Assembly (NCBI GenBank): GCA_964016885.1
Contig: OZ024742.1
Coordinates: 279,000,001-279,064,000, forward strand
Source of the DNA: Eledone cirrhosa
Lineage: Eukaryota
Reading direction: 5' to 3'
DNA length: 64,000 bases
In this document: positions 27,301 to 41,341 of the stretch, in pieces
How positions within the stretch are numbered: position 1 is the stretch's first letter
Layout: the number at the start of each line of letters is the position of its first letter
Notes under the pieces: generated by a model
Told to the model about the DNA's origin: nothing
Seen by the model: the letters and a program-made list of their open reading frames with translations, nothing else
The model's database searches: none
Program-made: the position numbers and the translations under genes

Positions 27301-28060
27301 TCATTTCATACCGTGTATTTAACATATAATACTTTTCTATAGTAATCCTACTTTATAAATGTTCTGGGATTAACTATCACTAATATTTCACTCTCTGACG
27401 TAAGATATGTTATATATATAATATTGTAACGTTTAGTTTATAACAGACACTGAGACATATATTTTATGTATTATATATATGATTACTGTGATTGTAGATA
27501 TTTACGAAGAACTATTTCCCTAATGTTAAATCATAAATGTTTCTGTATAATTAATTGCCATAGTATTTTTGTTATATAACTTTCGTTTTTTAAAAAAAAA
27601 ACAATTATATTACTCTTCGTATGTTAAGATATCTCAGTAACATTAATCATCTCTCTCGATGAAATGTATATACATTTGTTTGATTACATACATCATCTGT
27701 AACATTATATATCTCTGTCTTAAACGTATCTTATCTTACTTTCTTTTCTTCTTAGTTATTTAATTATATATATGTGTTATATACATTTATATTTCTGATG
27801 ATATAATTGGCATTATATTCCAGCAATTAGTGAATCTTGTGAAAAAGGAATAAATGAATTTATCATTGTTTCAATAATATATTAAACTACTGCTGATGAC
27901 AAAAGTTACTTTCATTAAATTTATTGGACATTATCCTATGGATATTACCTTGGATATTATATGCTCTTTTAAATTATTGATAGTAAAAAAATGGTGCTTT
28001 AAATCCTCGTCTCATACCATAATTTCATTTTGTCTCGTATTATATTTTGATTTCATAACT

Positions 28061-28138
<78 letters not shown>

Positions 28139-28140
<2 letters not shown>

Positions 28141-28353
28141 TTATTCCGTGTTCAATCGGGGGGTAACCACAGTAAGTAAGGTACTCAAAACATAGCACAG
28201 TATAGATGTTTTAATATAGAAAAGCTTCTACAGGACTAGAACTGTTTCATTCGTGAGAAATCATCAGGAAGCTGACTGTCCAAGTAAATACTTGGACAGA
28301 GAGCTTCCTGATAATTTCTCACAAATGAAACAGTTCTAGTCCTGTAGAAGCTT

Positions 28354-28361
<8 letters not shown>
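28139..28361 (-). mobile_element. Fold-back HHR element in (TA)n
   Basis: Arms 28214-28286 and 28289-28361, tail 28139-28213. HHR gcttc-CTGATGA...GAAACAG/CTGTA-gaagc at 28224-28272 (-); the mirrored copy has CTGATAA. Confidence 0.8.
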
Positions 28362-28437
<76 letters not shown>

Positions 28438-28632
28438 TTCAATGAGACAACAAACAGCGGTACAACATGTCTTAGTTTCACGCAGGAGTACAAAATAGAG
28501 ACAGGATTAAAAAGGAGAAACAGAGGAACGAACAATATATATATGAAAAATTAGGGGCCCCGACGGCTGAGATGTACTACCCTATGTATCGAGCTTTCTC
28601 GTCTAACTGGTTTTTTACCACTTCCATTCCGA

Positions 28633-28682
<50 letters not shown>

Positions 28683-28846
28683 ATAACAAACGGAGAATCA
28701 GTGGTGCGACGAATAAGATTTAGACATATTACAATCGTTTCTCTGGCGACCAGCTCGAGGCACGATCAATGCAGTGATCAAACCTGACTCTAAATCGCAA
28801 GATCCACGGATATGTCTCGATTCTACGAAGCAGAGCTTCAAAATAA

Positions 28847-28878
<32 letters not shown>

Positions 28879-29244
28879 TCTTTCTCTTCTCCCGACTTCT
28901 CTTATTCTATTTCTCATTATGTTTCAGTCTCTCGTCTCTATTTCTCTCCCCACTCTCTCTGTCTCACTCTACTCTAGCATACACCTATATAATCAATATA
29001 TGTACATATTCAAAATAGTACCCATACACACACACGCGCACCCTCCCACACCTACACGCGAGAATTGTATATTCTCCGAGAGAGAAATGCCTTCTGATGA
29101 TAATATCTTTCTCAATGAAAATCCGCCTGGATTATCTATTCGTTTGGGATTTGAAACCGCGGTAAGGGCACATATAGTAAGTACAGTGAATTTTTTAAAA
29201 TTTTATTTTAAAAACCTTTTCTATATTTACATTTCCTTGATTAA

Positions 29245-29359
<115 letters not shown>

Positions 29360-29954
29360 TCTTAATATACCTCTATTGCTATTTTGGGGGACTGTTTCTC
29401 TGTAGCATGCTAGTACATCTGCAGAAAACTCCACTGAATATGGTGATGTTGCGATGACGATGTGAGAATTGCTTGCATCAATTCCACAAAGAACTCCACA
29501 GAATGTTAGTTTAGTGCTTTTAATAGGGTGATGCTATGATGCGTCGAAACAATGTAGCCCACATGCAGACAACACCATTAAATGTTAGTGTATTATTGCT
29601 CCGATGGTGACGTCACCATCTAGCTGTGTAGTGTTGCAGCACAACAGAGAACTCTAACGAATGTTAGTATAGAGCAGGTACGATGGTAATGCTGTAATGC
29701 TTTTATCCACTGTACCAGCCATACAAAGTAGCTAACTGAGAATATCGTAGTGTTAACACGGTAAGGTCTGAGCACGGTGGCACTCCTACAGAAAACTCCA
29801 CTGCAGACATACTATAATATTTCCTCATATTGACATTTCCACGTCGTATTTCAAACAGCTTGCGAATCTCAATCTCGTCATGCTATCACTTTTCGCATCT
29901 TTCTCTTCCCCCGACTTCTCTCATTCTTATTTCTCATTTTGTCTCAGTCTCTGT

Positions 29955-30176
29955 GGGCGGTGGATTGGCAGTATCAGCAGAGAGGCGGACCACATGCTTT
30001 GCAGCATAGAGTTATGTCCCTTTACGGCATGTGTTCAAATCCCGCCGAGGTTAACTTTGCCTTTCATAGATACGGGGTCGATAAAATAAAATACCAGTAA
30101 CTTACTGAGGTAGATTTAATCGACTTTCCCCTCTCCTCAAATTACCGGCCTTGTGCCTATACAAGAAATCATTATG
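29955..30176 (+). mobile_element. Full-length tRNA-derived SINE
   Basis: A-box-like tggcagtatcag, B-box gttcaaatccc, family body and an attat tail. Confidence 0.9.
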
Positions 30177-30339
30177 GCTCAGCTTCTAGTCTCTATTTCT
30201 CTCCCCACTCGCTCTGTCACTTTGACTCTCACTCTACACACGCACACACCTATATAATCAATATATGTAAATATTCAAAATGGTACACACACACACACAC
30301 GTGCACTCACGCACCTACCCAATATATATATATATAGAT

Positions 30340-30539
30340 GTGAGAAAAACCACAGACCCTCCATCTCAACTCTAATTTTGAAAAGCAGAAGAACTGCGAA
30401 ACCGGTAAAGGAACCAAATAAATATATATATATTTTTTAAAATAAGACTACAGTTGCATTTTCGATTTCATCTTTTTTTAATACTTTCACTCGTGTAGGT
30501 CTCCTCGGTTATTTTTCATTTTGTTAAAAACAACCTCAC

Positions 30540-30545
<6 letters not shown>
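30340..30545 (+). mobile_element. TA-flanked repeat with a U3-A8 HHR motif (30375-30410)
   Basis: TTGAAAA-gcag/ctgc-GAAACCGGTA; homologous to 7727-7920 (-). Confidence 0.65.
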
Positions 30546-30596
<51 letters not shown>

Positions 30597-31742
30597 AAGC
30601 ATTTCCGTCGAAAAGGTAAAGGAAAGAAGAGTGCTCTATGTATAGTACAGAGCTATTTAGTTATGTAATAAAAAACACAATATAATTATTCCATTTAAGG
30701 TTTCACGGAGTTATACGATTCTAACAGAGGCGTCTGTAACCTTAGGTAATGGAATGATTATATTTGGTTGTCTATTACATAAATATTTATATGCAGGCAT
30801 ATATGTGTGTGCATGTATATGAAATTAGAGTAGAGGCCATGTCTTTAATCATATTTCCTTAAACCAAAAGTTGTTCTCACTCGTAGCCATCTTCGGTGGA
30901 ATTTAAGAAGCCAACGTAAAACAAATGATTATATTTCGTGAGTGAATCTGGGTGTATGGACATTAAACTTTGAACATAAAACTCAAGCAATTCGCCCACA
31001 AATGTTATATCGCTGTTAGAAGTGATTCCAATCAAATATTCTATTGTTAGGATTAGGGGGTCTATGCTATTGCGGTGACTAATTGCAATTCATGCACGGC
31101 ATTTGTTTTGCTATTATGGTATGGTGCAGCCATTAATGTTATTATAACTAACAGGTATACCGCAACATATATAATTAAATATAATTTCTTGATAGCATTA
31201 ATTTCGGTATTCTTTAATATTAACTCTTATATTAATTGCAATTACGCATTCATTTAGTTCATTCTTCTCATTAGATATAACAAAGATTTAACAATTTCCA
31301 TTTATGCATCATAAAAGGTAATGCAGGCCCCACGTTCTTTTCTTATATTACCACGCATCATTAATATTAACACTCAAGCTACTTTATGTCAGCAACTCTA
31401 AAGATGGATATGTCTGTTGTCAAAATCACATAAAAATATTCACTATCTTGCCTGCCCTCAAAGAAAATATAAGAACATATAATGTGATCCTTTACTATAT
31501 AAAGAAGATAAGACATGTCAATTAAATTTATTGAAATGATCCATCAAATCTATACACATACATACGGGCAGAGTGAGGCATAAATATTCGACAAAATATA
31601 TGTATTTATATTTATATATAATACATAATATATATTCGTATGTATCTATTTATCTATCCATCTATGTGTGTGTATATATATATATATATATGTGCATACG
31701 TACGTATCTACCTACCTATTTCTCTATCTATCTATATACACA

Positions 31743-31812
<70 letters not shown>

Positions 31813-32109
31813 AGGAAGTAAGGTTCTATATAAAAGAGCGGATATATAGAAAAGCTGAAGTTAGGAATTGCATGGAAAATATATTTTCGGGTCTGTTTCT
31901 CTTTTTCTTGTATCTTTTCTTTGATTCGTCAAAGTGACATTATTAAAAGGATGACATTATTGAAAAAATGAGAGGGACAATTCTTTTTTTTATAAAGTTT
32001 TATAATATATATAAAGTATATAGTATTGAAATAAAAAATTAAAAAGTATTAATAGTAGTTAAAAACTAAAAATTAAAGATTTAAAATTAAAATAAATTTT
32101 TGGAAAAAT

Positions 32110-32739
32110 AAGAAAAATAATCTGGTTCACCCCCCCCCCCCCTACTCTTTAGCAGTTAAAACTAATGTAGGCAAACAATTTCTAGAGCTCTTAGATAAAC
32201 ATTTCCCTAGAACACATAGATATTATAAGATCTTCACTAGAAACTGTGTCAAAATCAGCTACTCCTGCGGGTCCCCCTATTAATTCTTATATCCTCATTA
32301 AAAAAAATACTCAGAGAACATCAAAATTGCTCCTGTAGAGTGAATGCCCATTACAAGGTAAATGCAACACCAAAGCCATTGTATATGCGGCTAACCTACC
32401 AGCAACAACCTACCAGCCACCAGCGAACGATATGTGTGTGTGGCACAAGACAAATTCAAAACGCGTTATTACTCACATGTCGCATCTTTCCGACATCCTG
32501 AAAAAAGATTTACCACAGCTCTGGCTACCAGAATATGGGATTCGAAAGAGCAAGGTATCCAATATAAATTAGATTGGTCAATTTTGAACCAATCTAAAGA
32601 ATATGCAAGAGGAACAAGAAGATGCGCACTCTGCATAAGTGAAAAATATTGGATTTTACAGAAACTTAAATCACCAAAAACCTGCCTAAATGCAAAAACA
32701 GAAAGTTTGACCAGTTGCCCACACATGAAATCACACTAG
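32110..32739 (+). pseudogene. Neptune-type PLE 3' fragment (linker plus GIY-YIG)
   Basis: IIWFTPP, KTNVGKQFLELLDKHFP, KISYSC, FKTRYYSH, CALCISEK, SCPH. Confidence 0.85.
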
Positions 32740-33259
32740 CTTTCCAGCTTATATAAACTTAACTTACTTTTAGATACTTATCCTCCATAAATTCTTGTTC
32801 TTCACTTTCCTTAAATTACCCTCTTTACAGACTTCTCTTTCTGATTTACTTTTATTTATATTTTTAACTTTATTTTTACTTCACATCCACCAGTGAACCC
32901 CCCCCCCCCCTGCTTTTTGATTCACTTATTTTATATCTTCACAATTTTACATATTTTATTTCCCCATTTTCTTTCCCTATCTCATATCACATGTCACTTG
33001 CGTTTTCATCTCTAGATGTATTCTGTTGTCACTCAGCCGCATTTATGTATGTTTACTTGCGTATAATTTGTACTCATTTATTCATACGGCTGGTTTTTAT
33101 ATTGTATGTATGCGTGTAAGTGTGCATGTGTGTGTATACGTGTTTGTGTATGTATGCGAATGCATTCGTATGTGCGCGTGTATGTGTATATGTGTGTGTG
33201 TATGTGTGTTTTTATATCTGTTTTTTACATACTTATATATATGATTGTGTGTGTATATG

Positions 33260-33358
<99 letters not shown>

Positions 33359-34142
33359 GTATATATGGTCGCGTGCATGTGTGTGATTAGACGTACATGT
33401 ATGTATATATATGTGCTTCGTGTGTATATATGCGCGCTTTTGTATGTATGTACGCATGCATGTGCATTTGTCTGTACGTATTTATATATATTTATATATA
33501 TATATATGTGTGTGTACGAACCTATGTATGATTTCTATTTTTTCTAGTGTTACTTTATAATTGATAACCTCTCCCTCTTACTTTTTCTTTGATTTAATTT
33601 ATTTATTCTCATATATTTTTTCATTTTTTCAATTTTTCATTTTCATATTTTATATTTTTTATATATGTATCGACCTCAGCCTGACACTGCTTTGACTGAT
33701 ACACTCCCTTCCCTGTATATATCACTTGCATGTATGTGGTTGCGTGTGTGTGTTTATACGCGTGCTTTCATACTTGTATGTGTATATATTTCAATCCTTA
33801 GTCCCTGAGTCTGTATGTACGTTAACTCTATTATCTTACAATTTCTTTTTTCAACATATATTATATACATATTTGAGGTCACACATACACTGATATGCTT
33901 GCCATCATGTATGTACTTACGCACACATTTTTTCACTCTACACATGAATTTGTACATACACACATATGTAAATTTGTAGGTGCATATACACACATTTATA
34001 CACATACCCCTACTATATTTCCTTATTTTATTTTTATATATCTCTTGCATTACTTTTATATATATATATATATATATTTTTTTGCCGGTTAAACTTTTGC
34101 CTTTCTTGAGATTTTTCAAATATTTCACTATGTTTTAAATTG

Positions 34143-34207
34143 CATTGTCTGACGAACGAATGAGGACGTTTCTTGTATTCGTCTTATTCGGGAAACCTCT
34201 GGTAATG
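34143..34207 (+). ncRNA. Hammerhead ribozyme motif
   Basis: CTGACGA, long stem II cgaatgaggacg/cgtcttattcg, GAAACC-tct-GGTA. Stem I is weak. Confidence 0.55.
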
Positions 34208-34244
34208 AGGTAATTATATTGTATTGTTTATTATACATTATACA

Positions 34245-34552
34245 TATGAAAAACTCAGAGCTGTATGGGAGCATCCCAAAAGTCAGCTCAAAAGTGACAC
34301 AGAGGAGACTGTGGTAAGCTGGACATGCTCACCGACATCCAGAGTTGACATTGCACTCAGTGCTCCTTTGGGAGCCCCTACATGGACACACTAGAAGAGG
34401 AAGACCAAGGTTAACGTATGTTGATGCCCTAAGGACACACACTTGTCTGTTGGAGACGCAGGACATGGCAGCGATAATGGGGGACAGAGACCGCTGGAGA
34501 GAACTCGTCTATGGATCTCGGGAATTTTACCCGCCTTAGATAGATAGATATA
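34245..34552 (+). mobile_element. RTE-type LINE 3' end
   Basis: AGHAHRHPE...LLWEPLHGHTRRGRPRLTYVD...DRDRWR, followed by a (TAGA)n tail. Confidence 0.82.
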
Positions 34553-35019
34553 TATAGTTGTGGAACCAAGCTTAATGAATAGACATACCTTCAGTGGTTT
34601 CCACACTCAATAATTTAAGTCAGTCCGAATTATTAACATTGGACTCCAACTTAAGCGTTAATCAGCGAGGAAGACGATTTAATGTGGGTATGAAATATCA
34701 GTTACTTGGACCGATGCATCAGTTTTTGCGATCCCAATCTGCTGATGGTTCTCCGAATGGAATCACGAGGTGCAGAAACTAGGTAATGTTAGTATACATT
34801 ACATAACTAGGCTGGAACCTATTCGTCAGCGGGGGTTCCCCTCCCTAGACATCGAAAGATCCATATGACTACCTAGGACATGAGACTGGTGGACACGAGG
34901 GATGTACTATTTCTGATGCGTGATGTCGCAAAGGAGGAGATTTAACTATCTGTGATTACACACTAACAGCAAATCTGGAAATGACAATAAGCATGGAAGG
35001 AAAGCGGTGGCGGGGGTGG

Positions 35020-35641
35020 GGATGGGGGTGAGCTGCGGGCGAAGAGGTTGCGGAGGCTGCGCGCGTGTTTGAAAGAGTGGAGGTTGGGGATGGAAAGTTG
35101 GGGGAGGTGGAGTGGTTTCACTGGAGGTGGAGGAAGAGCCGGAGGGGTAGGGTGGAACTGTGATAGGTGAGGGGTAAGTGGAGACGGTGAATGGGGGCGC
35201 GGTGGCATGGGGTGAGGGCGGTGGATCGGTCGACTGCGCGGGCGCGAGTGAGGGCGGCGTGGTCGAGGGAGTGGGGTAAACTCTCCGGATGAAACGGCTG
35301 ACCAGCGACAGGGCCTGAGTCTCGAAGTCAACATCTCGGCTGCAGAGGTGGTGGATCCGGAGGAGTTGGGAGTAGGGAATGGAGTGTTTGGTGTGTGGGG
35401 GGTGGGAGGAGATGAGGTTAAAGTAGGAGTGGGGGTCGTTGGGTTTGAAGTAGGCGGAGGTGACGAGGGAGCGGTGTGAGTGGTGGAAGGAGCAGAAGAA
35501 GGAGAGAAAGGAGTCCAGCTATTCTCGTGTGTGTGTCTTGGATCCGATGCAGTCGTCGATGTACCGACTGTACAGTTCGGGCGTGCCGCCGGTGTATTGG
35601 GCAAACATTTGGGCCTTAACATGGCCAACGAAAAGGTTGGC

Positions 35642-35642
<1 letters not shown>
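35020..35642 (-). pseudogene. Penelope/Poseidon-type RT C-terminal fragment (GC-rich)
   Basis: A frame absent from the ORF track reads ANLFVGHV...YSRYIDDCIG...KPND..SSHPTHTKHSIPYSQLLRI. Confidence 0.8.
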
Positions 35643-35699
<57 letters not shown>

Positions 35700-36000
35700 T
35701 TAAAATAAATAAGTCATATATTTAAAACTTCGCTTCGTTTATTACTGCTATATATATTTCGGTGACAGCCATCTTTGACTGTGACCTCTTCAGGCAGTCT
35801 GTGACTGCCTGAAGAGGTCACAGGCAAAGATGGCTGTCACCGAAATATATATAGCAGTAATAAACGAAGCCAAATTTTAAATATTTGACCTATTTATTTT
35901 ATTTTACATTACTGCGGTGTAACCAAACCAACCCGCGCACTTCGTCGAGTGCTCCAATCTGCATATTGAGGTGTCGGCAAACAACCAACATATACTCAAA
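35700..36000 (+). mobile_element. Fold-back element with two back-to-back canonical HHR motifs
   Basis: Arms 35700-35799 and 35803-35902, 3-nt loop, ~95-bp tail. HHRs at 35745-35797 (-) and 35805-35857 (+): ctgc-CTGAAGA-stem II-GAAATATATATA-gcag. Confidence 0.85.
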
Positions 36001-36739
36001 ATTTATATATATATGTATATATATCAATCGATATTTAATTTAATGCCAATAAATGCTCGGATTTATCCCTTAGAAGCTTTGAGCTTATCCTGCTCGTGCT
36101 ATGGTTTCTCAGACATGTCATCCTTAATTTAATTTTGGTTATATATACTGCTCCTAAATAGTAGAGCTGTTTTCTGTTGAAAGGACTCGGCTGCTATTTC
36201 TAGCTGTTGATAATCCTATTTACGTCACTTGGTTAACGGCCGAGTGATGTGTATTTAAAAAAAAATAAAACACCCGTTCTTTACGTCATTTCCAGATTTG
36301 CTCTTAGTGTGTAATCATAGATAGTTTAATCTCCTCCCTTGCCGATGATGCGGGATTTAACATCTGTGATATGCCGATGAATGGTGAAATATATTCCTTA
36401 ATGAAATATCTACAAAGGAGATTATTCATTATTGCAAGGCATATATTCGAGGTTCTCGTTAATTTTTAATATTTTACCTACGTAAGTATGTGTGTTCACA
36501 CTATTTACAAATTATCGTCTGTAATTTTTTGATGTGTTTATTTCATATATATATGTCAATCGATGTTTAATTTAATGCTAACAAATTCTCGGATCTATCC
36601 CTTAGAAACTTTGAGCTTATTCTACATGTGGCATGGAGCATGTTTCTCAGGCATGACATCCTTAATTAATTTTTGGTTATATGTATATATGTATGCATAT
36701 AATCATATATATATACATTTAGTACTAGTACATTGACTA

Positions 36740-37459
36740 CGGACATCATTGGGCTACAGCCGTCATATTATGGAGTTGTATATATGTTTGTAGCAAACAG
36801 AAACGCATTACGTAATCTATATTGCACCCACACCGAATCAGAGTAATGCCCAATTAATAAACTTCAACCGTATACCATCAACGAATAAGAGCTGAATATG
36901 AAATCTATCCTGCTCTCTCGACCTTTTCAATAACAATATCCTGTCTGCTTTGCTATACTGAAATATGTTGAATAACGTTAAAAATCAGAATTCACAATAT
37001 TGAAACCTTGCAATTAGCTCTTAACTTGAACCAAACCCGTCTGGAAATCAAAACCTACTTATTGAACAATATTGACACAAAATCATAACCCTTGCAACCC
37101 TTTAAACGAAGCACACACTTTACCACTATCATAGCAATTAGAAGAAAAACATACGGAACGAAATGATGTTACACTATTAACTAATATATAGACTAACATT
37201 AAAACTAAAATAGGAAACTCACACTAAATAAAACAAATAATCTACTGAGCCTCAACAAAACACGGAAATTATAAACAGGAATATGAAAATCTAAAATCAC
37301 AATTCAGCTCTTATTCGTTGATGGTATACGGTTGAAGTTTATTAATTGCGCATCGCTCTGATTCGGTGTGGGTGCAATATAGATTACGTAATGCGTTTAC
37401 GTTTGCTACAAACATATATGCAACCCAGTAATATGACCTCTGTAGCCCAATGATATCGG
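36740..37459. mobile_element. MITE with ~160-bp TIRs and a TA TSD (Tc1/mariner-type)
   Basis: TA|cggacatcattgggctacag ... ctgtagcccaatgatatcgg|TA; arms ~36740-36898 and ~37301-37459. Confidence 0.8.
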
Positions 37460-37869
37460 TAAAAACGTTAATAAAACGCTAAATAATAATGAATAAATGA
37501 TAAATGCTTAATACAAGAACAGTTAAATTTGACAAACAATTAAACACAATAAACTATTGAAATATATAACAAACACCCGTCACCAGACGTGCCTCTCTGA
37601 TTGGCATGGATTTAGGTATGTTTGCTTCAAGAAATATATCAGGGAAATGACAATATGTGCTTACCAAGTGAAATGGTCGAAGACAGGGTTAAGAATATAT
37701 ATGGGGAGATGGTCATTATCAGTGTGTGTGTGTTTGTGTATATGGCGGGTGCGTGCGTGAATGTGTTGTGATTAGCTTAGAGGAGAATTACCAAGTGACA
37801 CCCTGAAAGAAGTTACAGCTTTTAAAACCATTTTTCAAACGTGTTCAATACGGCTGCTCATGAAATACA

Positions 37870-38900
37870 TCACAACCTACGTAGTCCCGGTTTAGTTCCA
37901 ACACTAGGAAAATGGCTGTGTGATTTCTTAAAAGACAGAAGCTAGACTGTCTCAGCTATGGAACTCTTTCAAAGGAAACATCAGTAGGAGTCGTGCTCTT
38001 CATGGAAGTGTCTAGAAGCCAGAGCCGTTTGTGGTGTCTCTCTCAGACATGTCCTAGGTTGTACAGGCAACCAATCTCATTAGCTATACCGATGAAATGA
38101 ACGTAGAGCAGGCAATCAAGAATTCGGTTCATGCTACTCTCTGACAACGATAGTTGGGTGCCCTATGCAAATGAGCAACAATTACAATATGCAGTTTTAT
38201 GCCGGAAAAATGTCAATCCAATGCTATCAACCCACTGACTCAGTTAATCTATACAAAGAGGGATTAAAATACTTGAAACATAATCAGTGCGTGACTGGAG
38301 ATTTGACACATGCAACGATGCCTCGTAGCATGAACGTATCACTAAGATGGCAACAATGTGCAGACGACTGTTAGGATGGAATATTAGGTTAATGAAGAGA
38401 AAAGGCCGTGAAAGCCTGTTGTTCCTCTTGATAATATTTGTCCTCAGTCGGCTAGACTATTTGCCCAGCCATGGTCAACCCACAGGGACAAATTCATCGT
38501 ACAAAATGAAGCGATCCGACGAACTTACACCAAGACTATTGCTTCAATAAAAGAAATAAACTATTAAGCTTAAAGAATTAAAATCCTACACCCGAGAGCG
38601 AAGATGGAAGAGATACGCAGTGATACACATATGTAATTTCCTGGAAGTGGTAGCAACAAACTTTGACATTGCGAGTTTGACCCACCACCGAACATTACGG
38701 CAGTGTCTATTGCCAAACTTACCATCCTTTACATTTTGACTAATGACCAGATACTGTGATAGCTTGAGGTTCAAGTACAACAGCTCTTTAATATACTGTA
38801 AAAACACATCAGAGATCTACGCAGGGTGGATATAGAAATTTGAAAAAAGCAGCTCAACATCCAGCTGTTTATGATGCCAAGGGTGGCAGAGATAAATTCC
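37870..38900 (+). mobile_element. Highly degraded CR1/L2-like LINE RT 3' fragment
   Basis: ISYTDE (YADD-like), IFVLSRLDY, LKSYTRERRWKRYAVI; homologous to 52560-53225. Confidence 0.65.
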
Positions 38901-39199
38901 GTCATGCATCAATCGCCAAAAAAAGGAAGGAGAGTGGCTATATGAAGTGTATCAACAATGTTGGCGCTCCAGTATGGCCTGAACCAGTTTGCTGGAATGC
39001 GAAAAATTGTAAATGAATATAACTTTAACTTTGATACTTTGATAGGTTTCGGCCAGTATTAGCCGAGGTTATATCTAACCTACCAGCACCACCTGGCGAA
39101 TTCTTTTAAATCAGGATTTGGACACCATGGCCAGTCAAGTAGAGAATTATTGTTTACGGAGACATATCCGGGTGTAGGAGGTTTATCCGGGATTTCTTG

Positions 39200-40030
39200 A
39201 AGGAATTTGTCTAGACTTCTTGAACTTTATGAAGTCTGTTCCTGTTTTAAAGTGTTTTGGTGTAATGTTAAAATGAGCGGGGCCAATTGAGGTGAAATAA
39301 TTGTGCCATATTGTTGTTATGAGATGCGAGTGTGATTTATGTTGTGGGTGGATAGCACGGGACACAAGCCTTAGATATACCTTAAAGGTGATGCCAACAT
39401 CATTTGAGCAATGCTGATGATGTAGCCCCCACGGCGACGTTAGAGAGGATAAACTTTGATGTTTTCTAGTCGACCCCAATCGTCAAGTCCTGTCATGCCA
39501 TCTATCATTTTGTAATTGACCTTTGACTTGTTTCAACTTTCATAATACTTTTGTTTGGTGTGGGGAAACCACAGTAGACAACATTATTCAAGTGGGGTCG
39601 GGAAAAGTAGACAAGAGAAGGGTAATAGTTTGGATATCTCTCGACTGGAATGTTCTGAGAATCCAAGAAAACATTCTGCGGGCCATGTCAACTTTGCTCT
39701 TTATATGAGTGTCTACAATTACGCTGTTACTACAATTATGCTGTTGTCTACAATTACGTCCAAGTCTCTGGTGTTGTTGGATGCCACGAGAGTTTCAATC
39801 GAAGGAAGGGAAGGGATTATGGGACTTTTAGTGCATTCTCTTTTCCAAAGTGGATTAACTCAAATGTATCCTCATTCGGCAGCATATTGTTCTTTTCCGC
39901 CCATTGGATTACAGCCATTAGATATGATTGAAGGCATGTCAGGTCAGCCACTTCATTAATGTCCTTCTCGAGCTTTATGTAGATGATGTAGATGATGAAA
40001 AGAAGAATTGGGACCAAAACAGTGCCTTGC
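39200..40030 (-). mobile_element. Degraded CR1-like LINE RT fragment
   Basis: LVPILLFIIYI, LQSYLMAVIQWAEKNNMLPNEDTFELIHFG, RDLDVIVD, CCLLWFPH. Confidence 0.7.
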
Positions 40031-41070
40031 GGAATGCCACTACTGCATATATATATATATATATATATCCACCACCTTTGTTTTTTGTTTATAACTTAGA
40101 TATTCACCACGCTTACACGGCCATCCACATCACCTCTGGACTACCTACCACGGATTACCATCACCACCGATCAACCAGTCTTCTTCCGTAGGATTTCTAC
40201 CACCGGCTCAACCCCGATCCAATTCGGCGTGATCAACCTCTTGACTTTTTCCCAAAACTCCCCCCACAAACCTTTTCTCTTCCAGTCTCCGATTCTTTTG
40301 TTTATGATTTTTCGGTTTATTTTTTCTCCTGTTTATTTTATCTTTCGTTTATGATAATTTTGTATTGATTTTTTTTCGTTCATATTTCCTTAGCCGTCTC
40401 TGTTTATACTATTTGCATTCACCCCCTTTGTTCCACTTCCCCCTCGTACCACACCTTCCTCCTCTATTCCACCGTCCCCTTTGCTTCTTGACCACTTCCT
40501 GTTGCGCTCTACTTCCTCTGCACCATACCGCGGATTCTATACCACTGGTCAGACGCTCTAGACATCCACCTTTGTATACTCGGATTTTTTCACCATCTGT
40601 CCATACACTCACCTGGAAAACATTCAGGAACACACACACACACAAACACTTACACTGTTTTCGCACACACGCACACATACATTCCTACATATCCATACCA
40701 CACAAACAAACACACATACGTGCGTATCCTCACATGCACATACTCGGCCTCACGACTCCGCGTGCGCCACCCCCTCCAGACCCCTCTCCATCCACACGCA
40801 CTCAGACACTGACGTACACCCCACCCCATATACACACTGGTTTTCCTATTACCCGACCATGGAACCTCGTTCTTCCCCAAACTCTCACACTCACATCCAC
40901 ACACACAGGTACACCTACACACATACACTCACACCACCTTCCACTCTCCCCGCTCGGACTCATATTTCCTTCTCCCCCCACCCTCAAGCTCATCCATCCA
41001 ACCACCACCAACTTTTAATGTCTTTCCACCACTCCCCTCACACCATCGGAACCCTTATCCTTCCCACTTT

Positions 41071-41105
41071 TCTCCTGATGAAGGGCTTATGCCCAAAAGG
41101 TCAAC
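41071..41105 (+). ncRNA. Degenerate HHR motif
   Basis: CTGATGA-a-gggc/gccc-AAAAG-GTC; G12 is lost, so it is probably inactive. Confidence 0.4.
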
Positions 41106-41341
41106 CCCCACCCCCACCCTCAAGCGTGAACCTAATACTAATATGGTTTGTATTGCACTCTTTGTTATTGTTTTGTTGTTTGTTTTTAACTTATATATAT
41201 CTATATATATACCTTATGGTCCGTCCAGCTGGCGTCCGGCTTGGTATACCAGCATATTATCTTTCAGGAGTCCTTGCTACACTCCAGTGCAAAGATACCG
41301 CACGCCCTCTCAAGTCAGCGAGTGGGAGGGGGGGGGGGGGG

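Noticed and set aside
29420-29806. CRISPR-like appearance
   Set aside because: The repeats are highly degenerate, the context is eukaryotic and there are no cas genes.
34963-35643. 226-aa Pro-rich ORF as a host protein
   Set aside because: It is an alternate frame of a GC-rich Penelope RT remnant.
36020-36680. Direct repeats 36020-36145 and 36550-36680 as LTRs
   Set aside because: No TG..CA termini, PBS, PPT or HHR; looks like an old local duplication.
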